Position numbers and translations under genes: made by a program. The notes under the pieces are model-generated. The model made no database searches. It saw only the letters and a program-made list of their open reading frames with translations, and was not told where the DNA came from. Below, one piece after another: positions 38,287 through 51,840 of a DNA stretch of 64,000 bases. The stretch lies in the NCBI GenBank assembly GCA_035084275.1, contig CM068755.1, forward strand, positions 12,400,001-12,464,000, given 5' to 3'. This DNA is from Hydrolagus colliei. Lineage: Eukaryota. The stretch's first letter is position 1. Each line of letters starts with the position of its first letter.

Positions 38287-40363
38287 CTTTGAGAAAAGTA
38301 AGTAGCAACCAGCACCATTGAAAAGCAGCTCAAACCACTTTTGGTAAGAACTAAGAAATGACTGGCAGATATTAGAGGGCAAAGGAACTTAATCTTTCAT
38401 CTCTGTTTATTTTAGGGTTTTTTTTAAATACAAGGCCATTGGATGCATCAATTCAATGTAATTTACTTTAAGCCATTCTTGGGGTTTGCAATACTTTCCT
38501 AATTGAAATTTCTGGTTCACATTTTCTGGTTGGAAACATCTGTAACAGCCAAGTCATACCTTCATGTGGTGAAGACCAAGGCAACAAAGTCTGAAAAGTC
38601 CCAGAAAGGCTAGCGATGCCCTCCTGACTGATTGCTCATTGATCTTTAAGAGTTTGCCAAGTTGATATTTATGATTTTGCCAACGTTGAATTTCATTGTG
38701 AATGCCATAAACTGGACATTGAAATCACCACAAGAAAACTGGCTGCTGATTATCACAAATTTGATGCCATTGATATTTATAGATGCACAATATTATATAC
38801 AGACCCTATAACAACATGCAATTGTGTTTAACAGCTGCTACTTTTAATAATTGTACACTTATTATTAAACTAAAATGTGCTGCTTCCAAACTTCAATTTC
38901 TTCAACAAACTATTTTCAATCCCACCTGGAACGTGGGGTGTGAGAGAGATAAAGTATGTAACTCTATAGCTATGTACACACAGCCAAAAGCAAATGTCAG
39001 GGTTCACACCTCACAATCACAATTCTCTTTAGAATTCTCTAGTTTTGTTTTGTTTACTATCACATTTCCTGTGAAACATTTCTCGAAAGTGCACAAAAGT
39101 GTAGCACTGAAACATTAAGGCAGTGTATTGTCCATCAGTGGTACCCTTCAAATATGAGGGAGGAGGCATTAGATGGGATTGTGACTAATTGGGCTGAAAA
39201 GCCTATCTCTATAATAATAATATTGTAATGTGCAATGTATGTAACTGCTGTAAATTCTATTATTAATCTTTTTGTATTTTTGGTTATAATTACATAAAAT
39301 GTTACAGCAGAGAAACAAGCCATTTGGTTCTGTTTACGAGCTGATCTTGAAAGTAGTTTTGCATGTCTTAGCTAGTCTAGCCCTAGCAAATCATTGTCTT
39401 TCCAAATAACACTCTAAAAAACACAAACAAGATGAATGGGAGTTTAGTTTCTAATTAGACTTTCCTAGATTCTCTGCTTTTAATTCATGAACCAGTGCAG
39501 CGCCGGCGTTCAACTCCAGCCGAGTAAGGTAGGTCTGCAGTTTTCAATTGATTTAACAATTTAATTGCAACATTAACATCCATTAACATTTAACTAACCT
39601 TTTAAACTAACCTCACGGGCAACCTCATGGGCTAAATGAACTAAACTGAAAATAAAAAAAAATACTAATGCATATCTGTAAAAGATAACAATGGATCTGG
39701 GGGAGAGATTCAGCATTGAATTGTTATGCTTGTGATCACAAGATTTCCTCTAGAGAAGCTCAGTATAGAAAAACATGTAAGTGTCTAACAAATCAACATA
39801 TCCAAAGGTTATTAATAGCTGAACTCACATTCTTGCTACTTAAAGGATATCATTCAAGTTCTGAAAGGTTAACTTTACTCCTATTTATTGGTTCCATCAG
39901 TAAGTGATTCCAAACCAGTTGCGTAAACTGTGTTCACAGTGTTTGTATATATTAATTTGTTTGTACAGTAATTACATCCATTATAGAGATTCACAGATTA
40001 CTTTAATTGCACTTTAAAAACAAGCTAATTATGAATGCACAATTTATAAAGTTATTAAGATAGATTTACACCACTTTGATAAGCACATAAGTACCATCAT
40101 GCCATATAGTTGACGTGAAAATGAAACATTTCTATATAAAAGTAGAGATGCTTTTAAAGGTCAGTTATAGCTATAATTATATTATTGTTCTTCCACAGTT
40201 TATTTTATGAGTACCAGTCACTGCAATTAATCCAATTGTTGAATTTCATCATGTAGAAATGCACAAAATGAGCTCAATAGTTATAGAATGTACTTCAAAC
40301 CAAACTGCACTTAATGTTAAGATTTTGTCACTGGATCTATTTGGTTCCCATTTCAACTCTGCC

Positions 40364-40399
40364 AATAATAATAATAATCCTTGCATTTGATATAGCACC
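40364..40399 (-). mobile_element. SINE terminal tail only
   Basis: aataataataataatccttgcatttgatatagcacc. Confidence 0.65.
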
Positions 40400-40829
40400 A
40401 GTAATTGTGTATTTAATAAAGCAGTCCATGTGCAAACAGCCATGAAGTAATCCTATATTCACAGTGCATGTACACACCTGCTGGGTGTTCTAACTGTTGC
40501 ATTGCACTTGAAGATTCACCAGTCGATAAAGTTCATTTTGATTAACAGAATGCTGAAGTAAGGTCTCACAAACAGTTTTGCTTTTGCTCAGGATACTCCA
40601 CCTGCAAGTAGAACTATGGGTTCTTTATCTGTCAGCTAAACAGCAGCTGTATCTTCTTGTTTGACATTCTAAGGCTTCGAGAAGTGATTTTCAGCATTGA
40701 GAGTCAGATCAACCAGTAACAATACACATTCATCTATTGAAAAGTATAATGTTTCTTAACAGAATATTGGCAGGACTGAAATTGATATATTTTTTGAATA
40801 GTTACAGTGTCACTGTCTTAATGGTTGAA

Positions 40830-41860
40830 GCACAATTTGATAACTCGAAAAATGGGCTCGTTAGGAAACATATATTTTCACTCCATAATCACACAGATAA
40901 TGTTACACACAGATAATATCAACAATACCATTTGTGGGTGATGCCATTACAGAACTGAGATTTATAAATAAAATATCCCTTAAAAATCACCACAATCAAT
41001 ATTTCCTTCGTCAGGATATTTGCAAACCCTTAATTCTCACCTAAAGTGATCTCTCTTTATATTGCGTCGCTTTTGTCACGGTTTCAATTTTGAGAAACAA
41101 CATCACAACTTCAGCCCAGGTCTTGGTGGTGTGTGTTTTGTGGAATAATAAGGCCAATGTTCAATTTTCGGATCCTAGTTTTCTATTGAAAACTAGGTTT
41201 TGGCAAAAGCATTCATTTGTTTTGGCCAAGTTTCATCTTTCATAATTAAACATCACTGTCACACTTCTCAACAAAAAACCCTGACAAAACGCTGGATGTG
41301 TTTTAATCGATAAATTCAAACAGCAGCTGGTATATTTTACCATCTCGTCTTTTCTCAAAGAGTCAGAGGTCATTTCTGCCAGAACAGGGCGCTGAACCGT
41401 TACCAGACCTTTCTAAACCTCTTCAACCACTGCCCGTAAATCTTTCACTTTGTCATGTTTAACCAAAACCAATACCTATTCAACATCTCATCAATCAGTG
41501 TTACGCTGTGAATGATGACAGAGTGCTTTCAATTTCAACAGTAAAACAACTTACTCTACACCCATCACTGTAGCAGCCTCCATGCCCAGATTACTGCTTG
41601 AAAGGCTACAAATGATAGCTGACTGACCGTACTACATTGCAAAACGTCCAAACATTCTGGATAAGATTTTTAAACCAGTACTGATTAACAAATGGCTGTC
41701 AGCGTGTTAACAGCAGACGAATAAAGAAGTTATGGGGGTTGAGTTGGCAGTGAATAGACTAGTGCATTCAAAGCCAATAAGAGCGTCAGAACAAGCATGA
41801 CAGAACTGGAATGAAAACAGACTGTGTGCTGGCCGCCTGCGATGTGCAGGTGTGCCTAAA
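40830..41860 (-). mobile_element. Unclassified fossil element, possibly a DNA transposon with a degraded ORF
   Basis: More CpG than the flanks, with ataactcgaaaa and agccaataagagcg motifs. Minus-strand stretches read TLALLFHKTHTTKTWAEVVMLFLKIETVTKA and KHDKVKDLRAVVEEV*KGLVTVQRPVLAEM. Confidence 0.25.
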
Positions 41861-42852
41861 TTCCCACATCCACCCACTTACCATGAAGGACACTCTGAAA
41901 TGCAGCTTTCCACATTAGCAAACATTTCATCCCATTTCGACCACCCTGAAACTGTTTCAAGAAAACAGAATTATTTTGGTCTGCTAACGCCTGGCATAAA
42001 GAGAATGAGAGGTTTTTCCTTTGGTTCTTCCAAGAAAATTAGAAATATCTGGGCATTTTATGGGTGTCTCCTAATCTTGGTTGTGATGGGTTTCTCAATT
42101 TTCAGCTAGGTCAGTTAATAAGGCAACTCAGAGAGAAAAACAGAGAGAGAGAGTGACTCTTGGGTCAACGGAAAGAAATAATGAACAGTTGTTAAAAAGG
42201 CCAGATTAGTTTATACTTATACGATTAGTTTGAGGAGGATATACTGAGGTGAAGATTGCGCGAGAACACATTATATGCTTTGCATGCTTAAGTAAATACT
42301 GTAATTTAATCTCCAGAATTTTAATAACATGGCAACACTGAGTCTTGTCTACACTTGTCTACACCGTCTTGGTAGTGCTTGGATGGCACTTTAAGCAGTT
42401 TGTGAGTTCCATTACCCCTCTTACCAAATAGTATACTGTTCTAGATCTTGAACAGCTGTTATTGACACAACCAGGCGCTACTAGTTTTATGGCTGTTTAG
42501 AGCCTATATCACCCCATACATGGGAAACCTAGTAAATCTGCTGCACATACAATCTAACATAAATAATTTCCTTTTTGGGGGCTCCTTGTGGAAAATTGAA
42601 AGATAAATCAATATTACAGTAGTAACATTTCAAAACCATACAATTCTATTCAATCAATTCTGAGGACACAGGTTGATAAAATGTCTTCTTGAAGGTTGCA
42701 TTTCTTGGTAAGATTTCTCATATTCTTTTAGAATGAAATGTTCCATTTTCTAGTCAACAATTTAGTATTAGTGGACAAGTGGGAGGAATATCTCTTTGTG
42801 AAAGGAGAGAATGTTTATCATACTTGGGATAGGTGTCATATTAACTCAATCA

Positions 42853-43211
42853 GTCGCATTCTTGTATCTGAATGGGAAGGTTGCTGGTGCAAACATCATG
42901 TTAGGACTTTGAACTCAATCTAGGCTGACATTCCCAATACAGTGCTGGGATGTACTTCATTGTTAGGGGTGCCATCCTTCAGATGACATTAAACTAAGGT
43001 TCTGTATGCAGGGCAGGTGGCCATCAAAGATCCTTCCAAAAAAGACAGGAATCATTCCTCCCCAGTGTCTTGGCCAGAATAAAATTGGTCATTCATGTCA
43101 AGGCTGTGTGCAAATTGGCTGCCACATCTATCTACAGAATATACAGTCACTATACTTCGCAATGAATCATGTCAATTGCTTTGAGATACGCTTCCGATGT
43201 GAAATACGGTA
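42853..43211 (+). mobile_element. DeuSINE (SacSINE1-like), near full length, old
   Basis: aatctaggctgacattccc..cagtgctggga..tgttaggggtgccatccttcagatgacattaaactaagg..caggtgg..aaagatcc..cagtgtcttggcca..gctgtgtgcaaattggctgcc follows the recalled SacSINE1/AmnSINE1 Deu-domain consensus. Confidence 0.75.
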
Positions 43212-43491
43212 CAGCGCTTTTCAAATCTTCTAGATGCCTCAAGGTGCTTCAGAGAATATGTTGTAAAGTGAATTGACTGTATATTTGTGGACGAAACATA
43301 GCAGCAAATTATGCACAACAATGTCCTACAAACAATCGTCAATTGAAGTGACCAATTTATTATTTCGAGGAACTATTATCAGGAGTGTGGAGTAAGGAAA
43401 CTTGTCCAAGGTTTTGCCCGTACCCAAGGCAATCATACCCAGGTCTCTTACTTGTGAGGTGAGCGCTCTAACCACTGAACTACAGGACTCC
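43210..43491 (-). mobile_element. Near full-length tRNA-headed SINE lacking its terminal tail
   Basis: Reverse complement starts ggagtcctgtagttcagtggttagagcgctcacctcacaagtaagagacctggg and is colinear with 25301-25616. Confidence 0.88.
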
Positions 43492-44702
43492 ACATACCAG
43501 GATTATTTGTTTTACTTATGTAATGTTGGTTAAATAAATGCGGCAGTACTGTGTACAAAACATTAGCAACTGTACATAACTATTTCAAAATCTTGGTAAT
43601 TGTTCATGTACAGTTGATTTTAACATCCACAATTAATTTTCACTGCATCAAAAGAGAAAAACAATTACATCAAAAATCAATTCAAATAAGAAGTGGACAT
43701 TAAAAAGAAATAGATGATTCCTGTTCTACCCCAAACAAGCTTCATCTGGAGGAACTTTGCTGTATCAAACATGAGAATAATCCAGTAGCCTCAATTGGCA
43801 TTATTACCATTGTATCGATAAGAAAATTTGTATTTACAATTCACTAAGTATTTTTATCAAGCTGAAAGCAACCAGTTATCTTTAAACATATGTTAGTTAC
43901 CGAGGTGACAAACGTGCTTTGCAAATGACCAGTCTAGGATAACCAGTAAAGTGTAACTTCTTAAAGGGCTCTTTTTCCATGAAACTCAAGCACACAATCT
44001 TTTGCTCTGTATATCTGCTTCCAGCTCACCTTTAGCTCCTTCAAATTGCTCTTGTTGATGATTTCGGAAACATCTTGGGGGAGGGAGGAGTTTTCTGTGT
44101 GTCAGCCATTCAAACCTTTTCACAGGAAAACTGTTTCCATAAAGCAAACAATTTAGGAACATATTGGAAACGCTGTACTTTTTTTCTGAGAAGTTTGAGA
44201 TGCCTATTCTGGGTGAAGTTTAGTGAAATAATCATTGCAAAATGCAATTATCACAGTTTAGCACCTTAGCATGCAGGAAATGAGCTTCCTGACCTCTATA
44301 AGACATCAACTGGTTGTCAATCAAGATGTGTTAATCGGAATCTTTACTGCTAAGGCCCGAGCATTGTCCAGAAATTGACAGTGTTTGAATGACATGAGGT
44401 ATAACTCACTGTGCAAGAGGGCAGCAATAGTCAACTTATCTGTATGTCTTCCTCCAATTTACACACCACACAAGCCTGGGATGACATCACCATAAGGAAT
44501 GATGCTCAATAGAATTGGATGGGAATAAAGTTAGAGGTAATGCAGAAAATAAAGCAGAAATTGGCCTTCAAGTTCCAGCTATCAAGGTTACATGTAGCAT
44601 GGAACAAATTAGAAATAGCATACACATATATATAAATAAAATCTTATAGCACCTATACTTCAAATTGAGATCAAATGTCAATTATTGTAATTGTGTATAC
44701 AT

Positions 44703-44729
44703 CTATATATATATATATATATATATATA
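44703..44729. repeat. (TA)n microsatellite
   Basis: Direct reading of the sequence. Confidence 0.9.
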
Positions 44730-45319
44730 GTATATACATCCTATGTATTATTGCTATGTCAATGATTATTTGAAATGTCATATATTTTAATTCTTATTTA
44801 CTAAAAGCAACTCATTTTGCTCATTGGATAGAAACCACTTCCATGGCAAGTTATTTTTAACCCCACTGTCAAGGTTATACAGTAGAACTGTGAGAGTAGA
44901 ATATCTGTTTCCACCAGCTTGGAAACATAATTCCTGTCAATGTTGACCGCACACCAACACATTGTCTACCAAAATATATGTTTTGCTGGATTCTTAAACA
45001 GAACGATTCATAATCGGGATTTCATTCAATTTGGGTTTCAATAAACTTCTTTTTTGAACTCTAAAATCTTGCTGTCCCTTCAAAAACTGAGACAGTTGTA
45101 AGATTCCTGTTTGATGTGCTTTCAGCGCCTTGCGACATACTCCTGACTTGAAAGGTGCTATACGAGTGTCATTTTTGGTTGTTGTTCTGTCCTTTTTTGT
45201 CCTGAAAGTTAACAAGGCCAGAAGGCAGAACAACTATTTGAGCTGCTATGTTTTCATTTATAATATAATCGTAAAATCTTTGTAGGCCACATAAAAGTAT
45301 TATAAATTATTACAATCAG

Positions 45320-45636
45320 AAGGTAATGGTCAACTGGAACGCAATGAAGATTTAAGGCATGCCTTTGCTATCAGGGTAGTTGGCTACAGTAAGTTGAATG
45401 GAAAATTATTAGATTGCATTGACATGTCTATAAGCAGGACCATCTGGAAATGTCAATTCCACACAACGTCTGAATGTGGAACTCACTGGTTGAAGCTTAC
45501 AGCATTAAGAGGAAACTAAACATAGGAGATGGGAATAAATGGTGAAGAGATGACAATGCAAGGAGGCCCAAGTGGAATACCAATAGTGGCACAGATTGGT
45601 TGGATGTTATGCTGCTGTAGATACTATGTAACTCTG
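45320..45636 (+). mobile_element. Degenerate CR1 3' fragment
   Basis: gaatgtggaactcact..gttgaagc..agcattaagaggaaactaaa..ggaggcccaagtggaa..gcacagattggttgga resembles the CR1 ORF2 end (MWNSL) and 3' UTR. Confidence 0.55.
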
Positions 45637-47640
45637 CTAATGTGAGCAAGGTGAGAGATATTCTCTACACAAAGGAAGGTGGAAGGGAGTTATTGATGAT
45701 AGTTACCATTACAACTAATTTCAGAGCAGTAGTGGTGGGAGACTGTTCACCTGCCCATCCACTTTCTCAGCTAGGAATAGGGAACACAATCCCAGTTCAG
45801 CTGTATGAAACACTTTGAGACATCCACCTATTGTGAAATACATACACTACATCAATGTAAAAAAAAGTCCCAGTATTATAGCCCTGGACAAATCTAGAGT
45901 TAAGGAGGACAACAAAGGGAAAGATGTCCCAGTGCCATGTCTGTTGATCTCATGGGAGAAGTGTGCTGGAATTAGTGTCTTGCTGAAAATCAAAAATGAC
46001 TATAATGTTTACAGTTCTCAGTCTACAATAGTGCTCTGCCAGTTTGTGGAGACACTTGACAAGCCTCAGATCACCTCAGAAGTAGAATAGCCATGGTGCG
46101 CCAATGCTATTTCCATTTGTAGCAGCAAAACATCAAATCACACCAGTAAGTATAATGCTGTGCCCCACATGGCGTAGCTTGCAAAGAAATTGTAAGCTGT
46201 TTTTGAGGGATTAACTGCTCATTATAGAGGGGGTGAATAGCCCCATTTAACTATCAGCGGGTTGCGTGACCATTCACTCCCTCCTGCACTGAGCTCTGAT
46301 GCCGAAATGCCAGCAGCAAGTTGAAATTGTGCCAAAAGGACACAAGGATTGAGGCTCACATATTCATCCATGTAACTCGATGTGGCATAAACGTCTTCAC
46401 ACTGTGGTGTACAGATTACTTGGGATGTCATTTTCTTCTACCAAATCTCCCTGTACAACTTTGCCATTGCCCCAATGCTTCCAAGATGTCCGTGCTCTGC
46501 AGCCCAATTATCACACTTGTTACTGTAACCCTGCTCAATTGGCTCCTTCGGGTGTTTAACAAGAATGGAAGGCACATGTTTAAAGATGCATCCTCGCACG
46601 TTGTTCCAATTTAATTGTGCTTCCCAGAAGCAAGCATTGTGCAGTACCCCGCGTGCATGTGGTTTTCCTTAGTTATACTTTAACAAGTCTATTGCATGGC
46701 CTCCATTGCTGATTTAACCCATATTTCAGATTCCATGTCAGTTTAATTGAATTATTGACCAAAATCAGCAGCTACGCATTAAGTTAAAACAGGCTACACC
46801 TTCAAGATAGTATTAATGCTTCTGTAAATTATCATCAAAGGGGTTAACACCACCACTGAACTAATTATAACATCCTTTCAGTAATTATATTTGTGATTGC
46901 TTCATCTTCACACTGCAGATGAGTGCATTCAGATCCATTTCTTAAGAGTTACTTGTTTTAAGGACACTGGCTGATGATTGTGCTAATTCACATCACAGCT
47001 TGAAAGACAATTTAAAACACTGACCTGCCAAATGTACCTTGCAAAATGTCATGAGTAGATTTTCCATTCTTACATATTCCAGTGAATGAGTCTTTGATTA
47101 CACTGTGCTTCAACCTCCTGGTTAGCAAATGTTGCTCAATGTATGATGAAGAATTTCTAAAGATGGAAACTTGTGACCAAGAGATTTTGGCGAACGCTAA
47201 AAAGTAAGGCTTCCATTAAATGTTGATTGGTTCTGGGTGAAACCATTCTCACATTCTCGGGGTTGTCTTCTTTCAGGATCGAAGAGTCCCATTTCGCCAA
47301 ATAATTGCTCAAAAAATTATTCCTAACACTAGGGATCATCCTGGTTGCTTCCTCTGCAATACATCTAAATCTCAGAAAGCCCCTTTATGTCACGGTGACC
47401 AGTACTGTATGCAGTATTGAAACTTTATGATTGAATATAAGAAACATGATAGATAACCACTTTGAGTTCTTTATGGTTGGGTGCCATCAAAATCTACTAA
47501 ATAAAATGTTTGTCAGAATTATTCAGCAAATTGAATGTTTTTTTAAAATCATATAATTAGTAAACCGGTACAAATAGGATTGGGAACGAGTTGGACTTTG
47601 AAGAATGAGGAATTTTTCTTCATTTGACAGATTGCTCTGC

Positions 47641-47690
47641 AATATATATATATCTATGTATGTATATATAGATATGTGTATATATATATC
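47641..47690. repeat. Imperfect (TA)n microsatellite
   Basis: Direct reading of the sequence. It may be the tail of the adjacent element. Confidence 0.85.
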
Positions 47691-47906
47691 CTCTGGTCAA
47701 AGGTGAGGACTTTTTGAATACAGTTTTTGACATTAGAATTCTTATGAAGCCTGAACTGAGCATTCCAAGTGATCTGGTTTTCCTCCCGTGGTCCAGCCCA
47801 AAAGGCATCGCTCATCCTCATGGGACTCTGAGTGGCTCGGAAAGATATTTCCTTGTAATTGGAAAAGTAAAGCCAATACCCCCTCCAGGACATGGGAAGA
47901 GCAATG
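47691..47906 (-). mobile_element. Ancient SINE-like repeat, MER131-like by recall
   Basis: tgagcattccaagtgatc..ttcctcccgtggtccagcccaaaaggcatcgctcatcctcatgggactctg..ttccttgtaa..agccaataccccctccaggacatgggaagagca resembles a recalled ancient amniote repeat consensus. The name and strand are uncertain. Confidence 0.45.
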
Positions 47907-47919
47907 TTACGCATAACCT

Positions 47920-48073
47920 GTTTTGAGAGATTTATATGTAAAATTAAACACGATAAGAGAGGTTAGAGGGGACATATGGTTAGATTTGGCTTTGGAACAG
48001 AACCTGGATGATGGAGTAGAATAGTTGAGCAGAGTGAGCAGCCTCCTCCATTCCTGTGTTAAGTTTCCTTATG
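47920..48073 (+). mobile_element. Degenerate CR1 3' end
   Basis: gatggagtagaatagttgagcagagtgagcagcctcctccattcctgtgttaagtttccttatg. Confidence 0.5.
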
Positions 48074-51000
48074 AAATGTCTTTATTAAAAATGCTCTCAT
48101 TGGAGAAACTATCTTGAGGTTGAGAGACGAAATCCAACTGCAAGATGCAGTGGCTTACAATCCAATGCAAAATGAGAACCCCCAACCCACAAAAATGGGA
48201 ACATTATAAAATGACATATCTGAGGGATACCTAGGTGGACAATATTGTGTCCATAGACATTTGTGTATAATTTTGTATCTAAATAAATAAAAAGATAATT
48301 TTGGCTTCCCAGAGAAGAATATAATAGAAAGGTTCTGAAAAGGAAAGCAACTAACTATCATAGAGGTATTAATGTATTCAAGTTGTATTGTAATTTAAAA
48401 TGCAATGGGCTTTAAATTATTCTGAATTAATTGTTTATTTTTATATGAATCTGACCTTGTCAGAAAAAGAATATAAAGGCATATTATATTTCATATGAAA
48501 AACTTTGTTTTGACTTGAGCACATACTCCATTTCAAACTAATACCAGAAAAATTGTTTTTTCTTTTTTTGGGTCAGTTTAAGTAATTTACTACAGCAAGG
48601 CACAGTTTTGCAGGCAATAATATTTAATAGTTTTAATCAAATGTTATTTGTTATGTATTAAAAATGCTGCATCAGTAATTAGCCTTAAACCAAGCCATAG
48701 ATGTAAAATAAATATTTATATTGTTAGAAATGATTCATAGACCCTGCACTTTCCCTACATTAAGATCATAGTATTTAAGTATTCCAATATTAGTTGTCAG
48801 TTAGTAATCTTTATTTCTTTCAAGAGTTATGGGAATGGTCAATAAGGAAGGCATTTACAGTAAGGGGCGGGGAATATCTTACAGTCTAGCCTCTAAACAA
48901 CATAGAATGTGTGTTTTATACCACAATAGTTCTTCAGAGTCAATGAATTAATGGTGTATTTTATACCACTAATAACCATATTGAAATGACCATTGTTATT
49001 TCAGGTCCAAAAATAACTCATTATCATGTATATAATGAATAATTAAAAATACTGTGATCAGTTTCCATGTACAAAAATACATGTAGTTTAATATCTGTTG
49101 TATTTTAAAGTTATTAAAGTTATTGGGGTTTAGCATAACCTGATCACTAAAAAAATCAGTTTTTTTTGGTCGTAATTGTGGGTTTCAGTTTACCAACTAA
49201 AATATGGAAATGTACATGTTTTGCTCAAATGTGATTTTTTTTCAGGCAAACCGTGAATATTTCAATGAATGAATGTTAGTGTTTTTTGTACTACTTTGAC
49301 CTCATTGTCCATTTGATTGTAAATTAATTACGGATACTGGCTTCCATCCAGTATAACAAAATAACTTGATAGAATAGGGAATGAACATAACTTTTTGTGT
49401 ATCAAGATGTAAATGAGATTTTAGTTATGTAAAAAGATACGGCCAAATAAAAAGTTATTAAAAAGAAATGAAACTTTAGCAGAAAAAGAATCAGATCAAC
49501 CAAAATTTGAAAGTGAACAAGATAATACGTGGAATCCAATCTGTGAGAGTGTGTGTGGAGGAAACTGATGTGTGGATAGTCTAATTAGTGTTTAAAATAT
49601 TCAACTGGTAAAGTGCTGTTAAGTTTACGGTTGTGCTGATCAATCAAATTTATAATGAATCGTAAACTTTAATCAACACCAATTTAAATAACCAATTAAC
49701 TGACTTATCATTAAGCCCACTAGTAAGGGCATGGAGCAGTGTTGTACACATATTTGATTTGGTAATTCAGATCCTGCTCTGCAAAAGAGTGACTGGTGGC
49801 ACCAATTCTGATAGCTAAACAAACACCATCATTGGCAGACCAAAAGTGTGGCCTAAAGTAAAAACAAGGGGATAAGTGGTATGATTTTGGCCTATTCTCG
49901 GTTTTTTTTTCTGAATGAATACATTAAGCTCACCTCAGACTGTTCGGGTATCAATGCGGATATATCTTTAAGGAGACAAGCAATGCTTACAATGGAAAAG
50001 TTGTACTCTCTCATTGTTTCCCTAACATGTTTCCCTGTGTCTGGCATCACTGTAACATACTTGGGTTAGCATTTATTAAGATTAAATTACCATTTGCATA
50101 GATGCTAGAAATTGTGGGACATTGTGTATAATTGGACTGCCATGTTCAACTGCACATTAAATCCTAAAAAAAACTCTTTGGGATATCTGCCCAATGGCTT
50201 TACTCAAATATAAGTATAATCCGTATGAGTATGTTGGAATTGGGAAGAGTGGCCTATATTCACTAGCATGTAAGTAGAATTGATAGACATATTTATGTGT
50301 ATTGCACCTGGTGGTCCAGTTTTACTATGAATACATTTTGTTACCAAATTCTTAAATTGCAGGATTATTCTTCAGTTTGTATATGTTTTTTGTTTATTTC
50401 ATTCCACACAACTAAGATACAACATGGGAGAATTCATGCACAGTTAACAAGGATATAACAGCACATTCAAGATACCTTAATAAATCTATGTTATGAATTA
50501 TTTTAATAATCAATCAAAAAAAGATTATTAAAAACACTGGTTGGCATAGTCATGGTGATGTTGTACTGATAAGATGTCAAAGGGTGCTGTTTGTGTTATA
50601 CAAGAAATAAATATGCTGTACAGTATCATATATAAATCCTTAGTGGCCAGCAGTATTACATCTGGATGTTATTTCACCTCTCTTTAATCCCTTGCTAACA
50701 CTGTACGAAGTCAGTATAGTTGCAATCAATATTGCATGGATCCTTATTTTATTGACTGGTGTTTTGCCTTTGAGGTCTTCAGGGATGTATCTTTCTCCAG
50801 TGATGCACAGCAAGGATACAGGGTGCAAAGGTATCAGGCCACTTAATTTTGACTTCCTGTGACATTCTTAACTCAAAGTGCAAATTCAGAAGGATTGCAC
50901 TACTGTACAAGCCCCCTGGGAAGCTAGTTATAAAATTGCGATTGCTGCACTTAAGGAAGATCATCAGCCTCTATTCTCTTCATCTAGACATTGTGGCTCC

Positions 51001-51094
51001 ATTTCCATCTGTAAAAACTAGTACTGTGACTTGTTAAAAGTATGGAAAATATGAATCCAGCCCCTGTGTCGCTAACAGCACTCAATGTGGTACA

Positions 51095-51300
51095 CAACAT
51101 TTTGCTGATCATAATGTGCAACGTTTAGATTTTAATAAACATCAGATATCAACCGCGATAACTCAAAACTGAGCAGAAAATTATAGAACAACGGATGCTT
51201 CAAATTGAAAGTTTCATTTCTTTTCACAAAACTGTTTTCTAATTTTGAATTATCCGCTTGCCTCTCATCTTCTAAATGCGGTGGCTATTTTGAAGTAGGG
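51095..51300. mobile_element. Possible DNA-transposon subterminal fragment
   Basis: aaccgcgataactcaaaact..acggatgcttcaaattgaaag; CpG-containing, and shares the ataactc motif seen at 40840. Confidence 0.25.
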
Positions 51301-51304
51301 TGAC

Positions 51305-51560
51305 CTTCCATTTCTTTACCCAAGTGATTATTCTTCATGTCTAAGCCTGGACAGTGAGTGTCAATGGGATATTGAAACAATGAGGTATCACAGCCAAGCA
51401 TCATTCTGTCCTTGTTTGACATTCAAGCGCAGAGGTTGTTCAGTAGAAACCCTAAACTCATTTTCTTCTCTCTGTATTTTTAATGTAACATCTCAAAAGC
51501 AACTCAACTGAATTTGCATGGATCGGAACAGATAAGAAGTCAGACCTGAACTACTTTTTC
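51305..51560 (-). mobile_element. Old SINE-like repeat, second family
   Basis: cccaagtgattattcttcatgtctaagcctggacagtgagtgtcaa..atcacagccaagc..ctgtcctt matches the reverse complement of a recalled shark repeat related to 32830-33030. Confidence 0.45.
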
Positions 51561-51620
51561 CTATGACTCAATAACACTACATTTTAATTTATTAAAATCA
51601 TGCAGCACATTCTTGTACTA

Positions 51621-51805
51621 ATAATAATGACTTCCTTGCATTTGATTTAGTTCTTTCATGACGTCAGAACATGCCAAAGCCCTTCACGGGATATAATTGC
51701 AAAGTGCAGTGACTGTATATTTGTACACAGCAATGCCCCACAAACACAAATTAAGTGAATGACCAATTTTAATTGAGGGGACTTTTGGCTACGACGCTGT
51801 GAGAA
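51621..51805 (-). mobile_element. Old SINE 3' half
   Basis: ccttgcatttgatttag..ccaaagcccttcac..aaagtgcagtgactgtatatttgt..cccacaaaca..gtgaatgaccaatttt. Confidence 0.7.
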
Positions 51806-51840
51806 TCAGGTTTAAGGCATTTGATGAATTGATCGCTCCA

